A stretch of DNA of 64,000 nt from a virus. The notes beneath the pieces were generated by a model. That model searched no databases and had not been told where the DNA came from. It saw nothing but the letters and a program-made list of their open reading frames with translations. The stretch's first letter is position 1, and each line of letters starts with the position of its first letter. A program made the position numbers and the translations under genes. Shown one piece after another: positions 1 to 8,209 of this stretch. The stretch lies in IMG/VR virus record IMGVR_UViG_3300030098_002071, positions 1 through 64,000 of that record; one strand, given 5' to 3'.

Positions 1-287
1 CCCGTTCCCGACCCCAAACTTGTTAAAGTAACCCGACAAGTGATATGGCATATACGTCCTATTTTTGTATAAAATCCAGTACTGTTCGACTGTGTGGTAC
101 TAGAGCCACCTACTGTAGCGGTAGCCGTAAACGTCCCCTCTTCGTAATCGTCCAAAGTGTTCGCATTTGCACTAGAAACTTGCGTAGCTGGAAACGCCAC
201 GCCTTTAGCGGCAGTTGCAATTTCTGCCAGTGTAACTTTTCCATCGGATGCGATGGTTATAGCATCGGTATCAGAAGCACTACCAAT
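1..287. repeat. Direct repeat of 58064-58350 (tail fibre tip coding sequence)
   Basis: First 68 bp identical; about 13 mismatches in 287 bp by manual count. Confidence 0.95.
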
Positions 288-986
288 AGTGCCATCATCC
301 GGTATAACCAAGTTGCTACCAGCAGCTTGAGCCCCAATGTCTGACAGCACCTCACTAGCAGACCTTCCCTCTATATCTGTCCCATCTACTCTAAGAAAAT
401 CATTATCCGCTACGCCAGAAGTAAATTTAGCTATATTTGTGTTAGATATTCCTGTATCTAGTACTGCTGCCGTTCCCAATCCTAAAGATGTTCGTGCAGT
501 TGCTCCCGATTCTGCTACAAAATTAGACCCATCACCTACGATAAAATTACCGTTAGTAACAGCCAATCCTGCCACATCTTGTAACTGTGCATCTAACCTA
601 GCATTTGCCACAGTACCTGACAATTGACTTGCATCAATGGTCTTGTTAGTAAGAGTTTGGGCATCGCTAGTAGTGACTGCCTTTTCTGAAGGGTACGTAA
701 CAAATACATCCTTAGTTCCTGCAGAAAAATCTACAGCATTATTAGAGTTACTTGATTTTAGTACCGTAGTTCTAGCTAAAGTATTTGAACCAGAAGTTGA
801 TACTGTACCTAACCCTACCTCAAATTCATTAGCATTTTGATGAGCTATAGCGTAGTAAGTAGTATTAGTATTTCCTATGGCAGAAGCAAAAGTTTGATAA
901 GATTGAGCTGCTCCACCTAGAGTTATAGTTCCAGTTCCTGTAGTAGTTGTAGTCTCCCTAACTCTGTCTGCTAATACAAACGCCAT
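1..986 (-). CDS. Tail fibre protein, truncated at window edge (not in the ORF track)
   Basis: Read manually: ATG at 986 with GGAG upstream, MAFVLADRVRETTTTTGTGT...ANTLDDYEEGTFT...YTKIGR, open to position 1. Confidence 0.85.
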   Translation of the reverse strand, partial: MAFVLADRVRETTTTTGTGTITLGGAAQSYQTFASAIGNTNTTYYAIAHQNANEFEVGLGTVSTSGSNTLARTTVLKSSNSNNAVDFSAGTKDVFVTYPSEKAVTTSDAQTLTNKTIDASQLSGTVANARLDAQLQDVAGLAVTNGNFIVGDGSNFVAESGATARTSLGLGTAAVLDTGISNTNIAKFTSGVADNDFLRVDGTDIEGRSASEVLSDIGAQAAGSNLVIPDDGTIGSASDTDAITIASDGKVTLAEIATAAKGVAFPATQVSSANANTLDDYEEGTFTATATVGGSSTTQSNSTGFYTKIGRICHITCRVTLTSLGSGT

Positions 987-996
987 CTATCATCTC

Positions 997-1446
997 CTAA
1001 GCTAACCTTATTATAGCTGTAGATGCACCTGCAGCTGGAAAGGTAATTGTAAAGTCTCCTGCTGTAGCTGTAATATCACTGCCAAAGTTTAATATGACAC
1101 ATGCAGGATTAGTTAATGAAGCAGATGTAGTATTAGGCGTGGAGTTGTATATCATCGCCCCACGAGCTGTAATTGTTACTGTCGAAAAAGTTAAGTTACT
1201 AAAATCACATACAGCCGTACTACTATCTAAAGCAGGGTCTATAGAAGTTAAACTAGCTCCCCCCGAAGAATAACCTGTGCCTGAAACTTCATTAGAAGTA
1301 GTAAATGCTGTAGTGCTCGCACTTAAACTAGCACTTGATGTATATAAAGCTAATTTAAAAGTATCCCCCGAAGACGCATCAAAATCATGTGCCCCGACTA
1401 AAAGTTCTTTTTTAAAGCTGTTACATACTGCTTGTGTAATTGCCAT
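997..1446 (-). CDS. Virion structural protein (MAITQA family)
   Basis: Ser/Thr/Ala-rich beta protein in the tail cluster; paralog at 59117-59533. Confidence 0.75.
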   Translation of the reverse strand: MAITQAVCNSFKKELLVGAHDFDASSGDTFKLALYTSSASLSASTTAFTTSNEVSGTGYSSGGASLTSIDPALDSSTAVCDFSNLTFSTVTITARGAMIYNSTPNTTSASLTNPACVILNFGSDITATAGDFTITFPAAGASTAIIRLA

Positions 1447-1736
1447 TAAAGTCTCCTGATAATTTTTGCTGCATCCGTATGTCCAGCGTTATTTAACTTG
1501 TTTACTAAAGTAGTTCTATCACTTTTAACTGCTTGTTTCAAATAGTGTAATATAACCTGTTTTAACCTATTTTGATAGGCCATAGCTTGATCCCGTAAAG
1601 GTTTTGGTGCGTCTTTCCCCACATATATTATATTGGAGATAGCCATTTCTGTAAGCTCTTCAGGGGTTAACCCCCTATTAGAAGTTGTATTTACCGTTAC
1701 ATTCCCAACACTACCATTAAGTATCTCGCCAAGCAT
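1446..1736 (-). CDS. Conserved phage hypothetical protein
   Basis: Stop/start coupled to both neighbours. Confidence 0.7.
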   Translation of the reverse strand: MLGEILNGSVGNVTVNTTSNRGLTPEELTEMAISNIIYVGKDAPKPLRDQAMAYQNRLKQVILHYLKQAVKSDRTTLVNKLNNAGHTDAAKIIRRL

Positions 1737-2368
1737 TAAGTTACCTCATATCTAACTTGCCCTGATCTATAGGCATCTCGTCTATCTTTACCATCTCCTA
1801 ACATCTTTAACTGACGCATACCATCCGCATATCGTTCTTTATACAAAGTCAAAAGGTCTGGATCACCCTTCATAAAAGTATATGCCTCTAGTAAACAACC
1901 ATACAATAAAACTTGATCGTAATTAGTTCCTAACCATGTGGTTGTTGCTGTAACAATAGACGTAGGCATATAGTAATAATGTAATTCAAGAGAATATGCA
2001 GCATCAGGCACTGGAGCCATTAATATAGTATTGTCATCAAACAAAGAATAATATTTAGGTAATCCAGTAATAGAAGTGCTGTTGTATGCCTCTCGTATCC
2101 AGTTTACATCCTTATTTATTAAATAAGAATACGCCCCACTATTTATAACCGCCAAGGAATACGCAGCTAAAAAATCATCCGGCAACTGTAAATAAGTATT
2201 TCCTGAGGCTGTAAGACCCGTAGAGTTTTTACGAAGCACAGGTAACTGTACCTCATTATATATGCGTCTTTCTGCTTGCTTAATAAAAGAATCTATATTA
2301 TTTACAAACGTAGTTTCGGCATTTTCTGTGTAATCCTGAATAGCTTGTTTAAGTTCTGTGTAATTCAT
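1736..2368 (-). CDS. Putative head-tail connector/tail tubular protein
   Basis: MNYTEL...AERRI, PKYYS, APVPD..Y, LLYGCLLEAY motifs; paralog at 59533-60159. Confidence 0.65.
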   Translation of the reverse strand: MNYTELKQAIQDYTENAETTFVNNIDSFIKQAERRIYNEVQLPVLRKNSTGLTASGNTYLQLPDDFLAAYSLAVINSGAYSYLINKDVNWIREAYNSTSITGLPKYYSLFDDNTILMAPVPDAAYSLELHYYYMPTSIVTATTTWLGTNYDQVLLYGCLLEAYTFMKGDPDLLTLYKERYADGMRQLKMLGDGKDRRDAYRSGQVRYEVT

Positions 2369-2835
2369 CGCATATACCCACTAAATAAAGACATAAGCCC
2401 ACCCCCAAAAGGTGAACCATATCCTCCACCATACCCCATCATAGGAGACATTCCGTAGCCACCATAACCGCCATACCCCATCATTGGGGACATCCCGTAA
2501 GAACCCAATCCGTACATACTTCTACCACCATACCCAAAAGGAGAGTATTGAGGTGGCCTCATATAACTTTGAAATTGCTGCATCAAATAGTTATATGGAT
2601 TAAATTGCTGACGTTGCTGACGTTGTTGTACAGGTTGTGTTGATTGTACAGATGGAGGTTGTGTAGGTTGTTCTATAGGATCAACTATTACAGGTGGGGG
2701 TTGTATAGGAGTTTGTATAGGCGAAATAGGTTTACTACCAATACCCGGCAAATCTACACCAAAACCGGGCATCCCTAAGTTTTCCGGTGTATTTACATCA
2801 TCTAATTCACTACCTATATCGTCTATTGGACTCAT
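2365..2835 (-). CDS. Low-complexity Pro/Gln then Gly/Tyr/Met-rich protein
   Basis: Coupled ORF; YGMSPMMGYGG repeated twice. Confidence 0.65.
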   Translation of the reverse strand: MSPIDDIGSELDDVNTPENLGMPGFGVDLPGIGSKPISPIQTPIQPPPVIVDPIEQPTQPPSVQSTQPVQQRQQRQQFNPYNYLMQQFQSYMRPPQYSPFGYGGRSMYGLGSYGMSPMMGYGGYGGYGMSPMMGYGGGYGSPFGGGLMSLFSGYMR

Positions 2836-3170
2836 GATACTGTCACCGTTACTGTTCCTACTCCAGAACTTATTTGTGTGCTAACTGTTCCAGATAAACT
2901 TAAATTACCATCCCCTACAGGATTCCAACCAAAAGCCCCTCTACCTGCTATAGCTCCTGTTGGCCTAGGGTCTTTTAACGCTTGCGGGTCACTTATCTTG
3001 TACCTACCCAAAAAATTCTGTGGGTGATCTTTGTCAAAAACATCTTTACCAACTCTAAGCCCTGTACGCACCCCCGCACTATACTCATGCTTTAAATCCT
3101 TGAGTTTATATCTAAACCCTGTCCGATCACAAAACCCAAACGCATGTTTCCCTGTAGCATATTTAGGCAT
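2832..3170 (-). CDS. Conserved virion-cluster protein
   Basis: GK.A...CDRTGF.Y, D.DHPQ and DPRP motifs; homologs at 60161-60967 and 60968-61288. Confidence 0.7.
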   Translation of the reverse strand: MPKYATGKHAFGFCDRTGFRYKLKDLKHEYSAGVRTGLRVGKDVFDKDHPQNFLGRYKISDPQALKDPRPTGAIAGRGAFGWNPVGDGNLSLSGTVSTQISSGVGTVTVTVS

Positions 3171-3172
3171 AC

Positions 3173-3325
3173 TTACGCTAATCTTTTACTTACTTTATTC
3201 CCTCTAGTAGAAGCACCTTTTCCTTTCATTGGAATAGTCTGTGTGGAAGGAATATTATTTGGATACCCTGCAAAATCAGGCACAGGTACTTTTTTAGGTT
3301 GTTGATATACAGTCTCTTCTTTCAT
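3173..3325 (-). CDS. Small basic protein, 50 aa (not in the ORF track)
   Basis: AGGAG RBS; MKEETVYQQPKKVPVP...KGKGASTRGNKVSKRLA. Confidence 0.65.
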   Translation of the reverse strand: MKEETVYQQPKKVPVPDFAGYPNNIPSTQTIPMKGKGASTRGNKVSKRLA

Positions 3326-3334
3326 AATTTTCTC

Positions 3335-4021
3335 CTATACTGAACTTATACTAGGCACAAACTGCACTGAGGCTTTACTCCTATCTTCATCTGCGGCTAG
3401 GGTAAATTGTTCTTCATATGCAGCTTTTAATAATGCCACTCTGTTAAGGTCTACTTCTGGTCGTTTTAACGCTATTTGATAAGCAAGCCCTGCAACCAAA
3501 GGAGGGATGAAACGACTAGGAGCGTCATAAGTGTTAGAAGCAGCAGCACCAACATCTTCAATCCTGCGAATACGCCAATACACCAATGTGTAAGTAGATG
3601 CGGAGTCTGGCACAGGCCAGAGTGTAACTGTTGGAGTTGCTTGTCTATCCACATAAATCTGTACAGGTTTTCCCTCACTATTTTTAGATGTCAGTGTAGC
3701 ATAAGTAGAGCCTGAAATACGGGTAAGGGATTGATCTGACTGTGTTGAGCCTGAGCCTGTGCGAATAACATGCTCTAACAAATCTATAGTATCTGATGGT
3801 AACGTATAAGTAGCAGTACCAGCCGTTATGGATACTGTGCCTTCTGCTACAGTCCATAGGTTTAACCCTCTATTAGACCATTCAGCAGACATTATATTAA
3901 GGCTACGTCTAGCAGTTCGTAGATCATAACCGCTTCGCATTTCTAACCCACAGCGTTCAAATGCCTCTTCGCATATCTCCGCTATGTCTGGGTTAAACGC
4001 TGCTGTACCACTAGTTGCCAT
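3335..4021 (-). CDS. Putative head-tail adaptor (P22 gp4/T7 gp11-like role)
   Basis: EEAFERCG, ARRSLN...EWSNRGLNLW, LWPVPD motifs; paralog at 61290-61970. Confidence 0.7.
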   Translation of the reverse strand: MATSGTAAFNPDIAEICEEAFERCGLEMRSGYDLRTARRSLNIMSAEWSNRGLNLWTVAEGTVSITAGTATYTLPSDTIDLLEHVIRTGSGSTQSDQSLTRISGSTYATLTSKNSEGKPVQIYVDRQATPTVTLWPVPDSASTYTLVYWRIRRIEDVGAAASNTYDAPSRFIPPLVAGLAYQIALKRPEVDLNRVALLKAAYEEQFTLAADEDRSKASVQFVPSISSV

Positions 4022-4465
4022 TTAAACCATCCTTGCCCTAGTTTTGCCTTTTTTAGCCATACCATCACACTTAGGGTTAAATGTTTTATTCCCCATAGCC
4101 ATACCGCCATTCTTCATTTTTTTCATAGCCATACCACCGCCCATATAGCCCATCATTTTCTTTTTGTCTTTCATGGTCATACCACCACCCATCATTTTTT
4201 TAACTTTGCCCCCATAGTTATAACCCATTTTTTTAGCTACATCAGGACGTTCTTTTTTTAAAGCCATCATACCGGGATTCATGCCACCACCTTTGTACCC
4301 CATTTGTTTATTCATACCACCACCTTTCATAGTTTTCATAGGTTTCATTTTATCTTTTTTATGCATCCCCATAGCCATAGCTGCAGGAGATAACATAGCC
4401 AAAGGTCTATATCCTTTTTTGCGAAGTTTTTTTGCTGCCATAGGCAGTAGTCCCATCAAAGCCAT
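4022..4465 (-). CDS. Basic Met/Gly/Lys-rich protein with repeated xxxGG motif
   Basis: Six (M/Y)xxGG units, very Lys-rich. Confidence 0.7.
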   Translation of the reverse strand: MALMGLLPMAAKKLRKKGYRPLAMLSPAAMAMGMHKKDKMKPMKTMKGGGMNKQMGYKGGGMNPGMMALKKERPDVAKKMGYNYGGKVKKMMGGGMTMKDKKKMMGYMGGGMAMKKMKNGGMAMGNKTFNPKCDGMAKKGKTRARMV

Positions 4466-4470
4466 TAAAC

Positions 4471-4650
4471 TTACTCCTTGTTTTTATTAACTAAACTCTG
4501 CACAGTTTTAGTTTCCCATATACGGATAGCGAACCATACAATTGTAAAAATTCCAACTAATGCTTGAATATAACCAAAAAACACTCCAACCCCTAGAGTT
4601 GCAGATACCCCGTCTATAATAGGTTTTATAGATTCAGGGTTGCTCTCCAT
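4471..4650 (-). CDS. Small membrane protein, 59 aa (holin-like; not in the ORF track)
   Basis: MESNPE...LVGIFTIVWFAIRIWETKTVQ; hydrophobic core; coupled to upstream ORF. Confidence 0.65.
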   Translation of the reverse strand: MESNPESIKPIIDGVSATLGVGVFFGYIQALVGIFTIVWFAIRIWETKTVQSLVNKNKE

Positions 4651-4829
4651 CAGACGTTCCTCTTTCTAGCTTTTAGTTTTGCCGTTTTAGACAAATCTTT
4701 AAAATGAAATAATTTTTTACTGTTTTTACCGTGTCTTGCACCAGAATGTACATCTCCATTGGGCATTTTATGACTCTTGCCAGTAAACTTTGTGCCATCT
4801 CTAAAATAATGTCCTACACCTTTAGCCAT
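4650..4829 (-). CDS. Small basic His/Lys-rich protein, 59 aa (not in the ORF track)
   Basis: AGGAG RBS; MAKGVGHYFRDGTKFTGKSHKMPNGDVHSGARH... Confidence 0.7.
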   Translation of the reverse strand: MAKGVGHYFRDGTKFTGKSHKMPNGDVHSGARHGKNSKKLFHFKDLSKTAKLKARKRNV

Positions 4830-4840
4830 GCTTTACTCCT

Positions 4841-5134
4841 TTACCATTTAACTTTATCCGCCCAGTAAGCCGCTGACATCTTACCCTTCTTTATATTCTT
4901 ACCGTGTCTAGCTTTGAAGGAACGCCTTTTAGCTTTCATACGAGCAGACTCCCCTGCTTTAGGTTTACCTGCCGTACCCTTTACAGTGCCAACCTTTTTA
5001 CCTTGTTGACCAAAGCGTATTACTTTTTCCTTACCATCCTTACATGCTTTAACAATGTGTGACTTCTTGGGATGTTTAGGAGTACGCTTTGGCCTATTGC
5101 AAGGCATTTTCTTTTTATTTACACGAGCAACCAT
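4841..5134 (-). CDS. Small basic conserved phage protein
   Basis: IRFGQQG, RRSFKARH, SAAYWADKVKW motifs. Confidence 0.75.
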   Translation of the reverse strand: MVARVNKKKMPCNRPKRTPKHPKKSHIVKACKDGKEKVIRFGQQGKKVGTVKGTAGKPKAGESARMKAKRRSFKARHGKNIKKGKMSAAYWADKVKW

Positions 5135-5416
5135 TTATCCAGTATAGAAAATATTTATATCAGCGACATTCGATCCGGTTATAGTTACATGAATGTCTGT
5201 CTCAAATAATATACCATCATCAGGAATATAAATATCGTTTACCCCATTTTCGACACGGGCTAACAAAGTCAAAATAGTAGTGCCAGAAGCCCCACCGTCT
5301 TTAAATGTCATCGTATCATCACCATCAGCAGTGTAAACAATGCCTTTTAATCTAGCTCGTCTATTAACTAAAGTGCCTGTAGCAGTAACTCTAGCAACTT
5401 TTATATCAGAAGACAT
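5135..5416 (-). CDS. Small virion protein
   Basis: Beta-rich, IPDDGILF motif, downstream of capsid. Confidence 0.65.
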   Translation of the reverse strand: MSSDIKVARVTATGTLVNRRARLKGIVYTADGDDTMTFKDGGASGTTILTLLARVENGVNDIYIPDDGILFETDIHVTITGSNVADINIFYTG

Positions 5417-5430
5417 AAGTACCTCCTAAT

Positions 5431-5913
5431 TTAAGATGCGTCAGAAGAGCTAGACAATCCAAAGAATTTCATAACAACAGTAGTATCTGCTCCGGGATCT
5501 CCAGAAAGAACAATCTCAACCTCGTCTGCTGTGGCAGTAGCTGCTGTAGTAGCCCCTCCAGACATCCCTAAAACACCATTACATGGGAAAAATCCTTTGA
5601 AACCTGTTGAGTTTGCCGCAGCAGAAATACCATCTACAAATCCATCTGTATCGGCATCCGTACCTATATCTTGTACATTAACAGCGTTAGAGGCAGCTCC
5701 AGTAACAGCTATCATTACACCCATTGGAATAAAATTAGAAGGAATACCAATAGCAGATTCTTTGCCTGTGGTAGCACCGTCAGCAACTGTAACTGTTGCT
5801 ACATAAGTTTCCATAGACATTGTATTAGTAATTTCACCTGTAGTAGTGCTTGTTTTGATAGCATCAAAGCCATCTTTAGACCGCACTGGGCCTGTAAATG
5901 TAGTATTAGCCAT
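5431..5913 (-). CDS. Putative capsid-associated/decoration protein (MANTTF family)
   Basis: MANTTFTGPVRS N-terminus directly after capsid gene; 151/160 aa identical to 62399-62881. Confidence 0.7.
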   Translation of the reverse strand: MANTTFTGPVRSKDGFDAIKTSTTTGEITNTMSMETYVATVTVADGATTGKESAIGIPSNFIPMGVMIAVTGAASNAVNVQDIGTDADTDGFVDGISAAANSTGFKGFFPCNGVLGMSGGATTAATATADEVEIVLSGDPGADTTVVMKFFGLSSSSDAS

Positions 5914-5962
5914 ATTAATCTCCTGTCTTGGCTAGTGTCAGCTTACGCTGTCAGAAGTTAAA
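5914..5962 (-). ncRNA. Structured cis-RNA leader, probably Mu-gpT-DE-like
   Basis: CUUCUG pairs with CAGGAG (the RBS), inner CAGC-GUAA-GCUG hairpin, three GAC junction motifs; conserved at 62882-62932; lies downstream of a gpT-like capsid gene. Confidence 0.55.
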
Positions 5963-5968
5963 AATATA

Positions 5969-5997
5969 TTTATACCCTTAAGCACATAATGAGTCAA
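5969..5997 (-). promoter_or_regulatory. Sigma70-type promoter
   Basis: TTGACT-17 bp-TATAAA on the minus strand. Confidence 0.65.
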
Positions 5998-6098
5998 TAA
6001 AAAAAGCCCACTAATAACCATAAAAGGGGCCAGTTAGTGGGCTTCCGAAATACCTAGGAGGAGGTATCATGGAACCCACATAGTATCACGTTACTTAT

Positions 6099-6128
6099 AA
6101 AAATAAAAGACCCACCGAAGTGGGTCTT
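6099..6128 (-). terminator. Rho-independent terminator after major capsid gene
   Basis: AAGACCCAC-TTCG-GTGGGTCTT then TTATTTTT. Confidence 0.85.
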
Positions 6129-6150
6129 CTAGGGGGGGTCGATGCTTTAA

Positions 6151-7059
6151 TTAAGCACCGGGGGAGCCAAACATTCCGAGTGGATCACTCCATCCGAAAC
6201 TATAACGCTCACGAGCCTTATATCTTGCGTTACCTGTATCAAAATCCCCGTCCATAGAGGTTTGCATTGCGGTACGTACAAAATGTTTAAGACCATTAGG
6301 TACATCAGTAGTCAAGAACCATGCATCAGTATCAGTTAGATAGTGATTAATCGCAAATCCTTGAGGAATAGACCCCATAGAACGAAGAGCGTTTACATCA
6401 TTATCTGCCGTACCTACACGACCTTGAGACTCCATCAAACGAGTTGCTACAAACTGCAAAGCTGAAGGAATGATTAACTTCATGGGACGAGCAGCGATTT
6501 TTAACCCACGTTCGTCAGTCCAGCCACCAATAGTAATGACTGCGTTTTCCAAAGAAGTTTCATTCAAGTCAGATGCCGTTGTAGGCTCATTTTGGTTAGT
6601 TCCACCAGAAACAAGTGGGTGTGCGGTAGAGAATAACTCAACTCCGTCACCACCAGTATAGGTGCTATCGAAACCATTGTTAAGAATCGAGGCAGCCTTT
6701 ACTTGCTTAGTGTAAGCCATTGCACGAGCAAGAGCCTTTGTGTAACGAGCCGATAGACTGTCATACAAATTATCTTCAACTGCTTCCTCAGTAACCGAAA
6801 AGCCCATAGCAATGGTTTCGTGGTTATATCTAGCAGTCCAAGCCTCTTGAGCGTTGTCATACGCAATAGCAGAACCTTCATTTTTAACTGGAGCAGCACT
6901 GAAACCTGAGAGTTTTACTTCCTCTTCAAAACTACGCTCTGAAGACTCTTGCTCAAAAATCTCTTGGTGCTCTTCTCCGTACTTCTCATACTCCAAACCG
7001 AATAATGCATTTAAGCCCGGAAGGAGTTCTTTTAATAATTGTGCTCTTGAAATAGCCAT
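6151..7059 (-). CDS. Major capsid protein (Mu gpT-like, HK97 fold)
   Basis: MAISRAQLLKELLPGLNALFG, GGDGV.LFST.HP, RYKARERYSFG motifs; followed by a strong terminator. Confidence 0.9.
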   Translation of the reverse strand: MAISRAQLLKELLPGLNALFGLEYEKYGEEHQEIFEQESSERSFEEEVKLSGFSAAPVKNEGSAIAYDNAQEAWTARYNHETIAMGFSVTEEAVEDNLYDSLSARYTKALARAMAYTKQVKAASILNNGFDSTYTGGDGVELFSTAHPLVSGGTNQNEPTTASDLNETSLENAVITIGGWTDERGLKIAARPMKLIIPSALQFVATRLMESQGRVGTADNDVNALRSMGSIPQGFAINHYLTDTDAWFLTTDVPNGLKHFVRTAMQTSMDGDFDTGNARYKARERYSFGWSDPLGMFGSPGA

Positions 7060-7073
7060 TATTTAAATCTCCC

Positions 7074-7709
7074 TTATAAGCCAGTGCCAACCATATAAGC
7101 GTGACCACCCGTAGCAACATTACTGTTCTCATACGGAGCGTTCCACTTAACGAGCACTTCTGTGTAATTACCGGATGTATCAGTAGATTCTTCAACCACA
7201 TCAACAATTCTCATCGGTAAGGATAAAGTAGTAGCGACACTAGTGCTTAAAATAGCAACTTTGGAGTTACCATTCGTAGTGCTACCTGCGTTTTGAACTA
7301 ATGCAGCATTAGACCCGATAGAGCCATATGCAATACCAGCAATAGTAGTTGTGCCAGATACGACAGCTACTTTCATTAGTACATTAGGATCGTCAACAAT
7401 ATACGCCTGAATATCAGAAGCGGCAGTGCTGGCGGGGTAAAACTGCTTAAAAGTTTTTTGGGATGTGCTTGGGTCTGTGTAAGTAACACCTACAAAAACA
7501 CCAATCACGCCTGTGGCAGTAACAGAAGTAGTACCTGTCTCTTTCTGGATAGTTCCGTCGGCAGCTCTTTTTACAACATCTCCGTTAAAGATGTTAGTAG
7601 CGTAGCCGGAAGCTATCTTCATCTGCCTTGTAGAACCCGCATATGGAGTGCCGCCAATTAAATTAATTGGTACTAAACCATATGGGGCTTCAACAGTTGG
7701 ATAAGCCAT
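7074..7709 (-). CDS. Putative capsid cement/decoration protein
   Basis: Immediately upstream of capsid; IFNGD.V, GVFVG..YTDP, V.DDP motifs. Confidence 0.65.
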   Translation of the reverse strand: MAYPTVEAPYGLVPINLIGGTPYAGSTRQMKIASGYATNIFNGDVVKRAADGTIQKETGTTSVTATGVIGVFVGVTYTDPSTSQKTFKQFYPASTAASDIQAYIVDDPNVLMKVAVVSGTTTIAGIAYGSIGSNAALVQNAGSTTNGNSKVAILSTSVATTLSLPMRIVDVVEESTDTSGNYTEVLVKWNAPYENSNVATGGHAYMVGTGL

Positions 7710-7741
7710 GATTAAAAAATCTCCATAATCAAATTAATAAA

Positions 7742-8191
7742 TTAATTTCCTTTAGACACCGTTGAGCGTTTATCACTAAACAAAGGCATCCTTGGGTTGT
7801 TTTCCCTCATAAAGTTATTGTCCACCGACTCTAGTTGTTGCCTATTTTGCGTTTGATAGTAGTCTGTACGACTATCAACAACCTCTGTCGGTATTTTACA
7901 AAGCATTAAACCTCCGCTTTCTATATTGCCAGACTTATTCACATTGGAAGTAAGCCCATATGCAGCAACTAATTCAGGATGTTCCTCTGATTTAACAGGT
8001 TCCCATCCCTCACGGAATCTAATGGAAACATTGCGAGCATCTTCTTGCCCTAATAGCGATACTCTAACCCATCTAAAAGAAAAACCTCTTTCTGGTTTAG
8101 GATCGGGTAGTTGCGTTGGGGGAGCCCAAGTTTTTTTGCGTGTTGTTTTCTCACGGGTCTTAAATTCTCTCTGTGTACGTTGTTCAACCAT
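7742..8191 (-). CDS. Conserved head-cluster protein
   Basis: FRWVR, REGWEPV, GGLMLCKIP motifs. Confidence 0.7.
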   Translation of the reverse strand: MVEQRTQREFKTREKTTRKKTWAPPTQLPDPKPERGFSFRWVRVSLLGQEDARNVSIRFREGWEPVKSEEHPELVAAYGLTSNVNKSGNIESGGLMLCKIPTEVVDSRTDYYQTQNRQQLESVDNNFMRENNPRMPLFSDKRSTVSKGN

Positions 8192-8209
8192 TACTATCTC
8201 CTATCTTAT

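Noticed and set aside
1-287. Diversity-generating retroelement TR/VR pair (1-287 vs 58064-58350)
   Set aside because: No reverse transcriptase in the window; mismatches are mostly synonymous and not adenine-specific; both copies are inside fibre ORFs.
45-840. Plus-strand ORFs 45-344, 337-627 and 637-840
   Set aside because: Antisense shadows of the minus-strand tail fibre gene. The same applies to most opposite-strand ORFs in the track, such as 5531-5806, 43079-43597, 45184-45852, 60189-60734 and 62499-62774.
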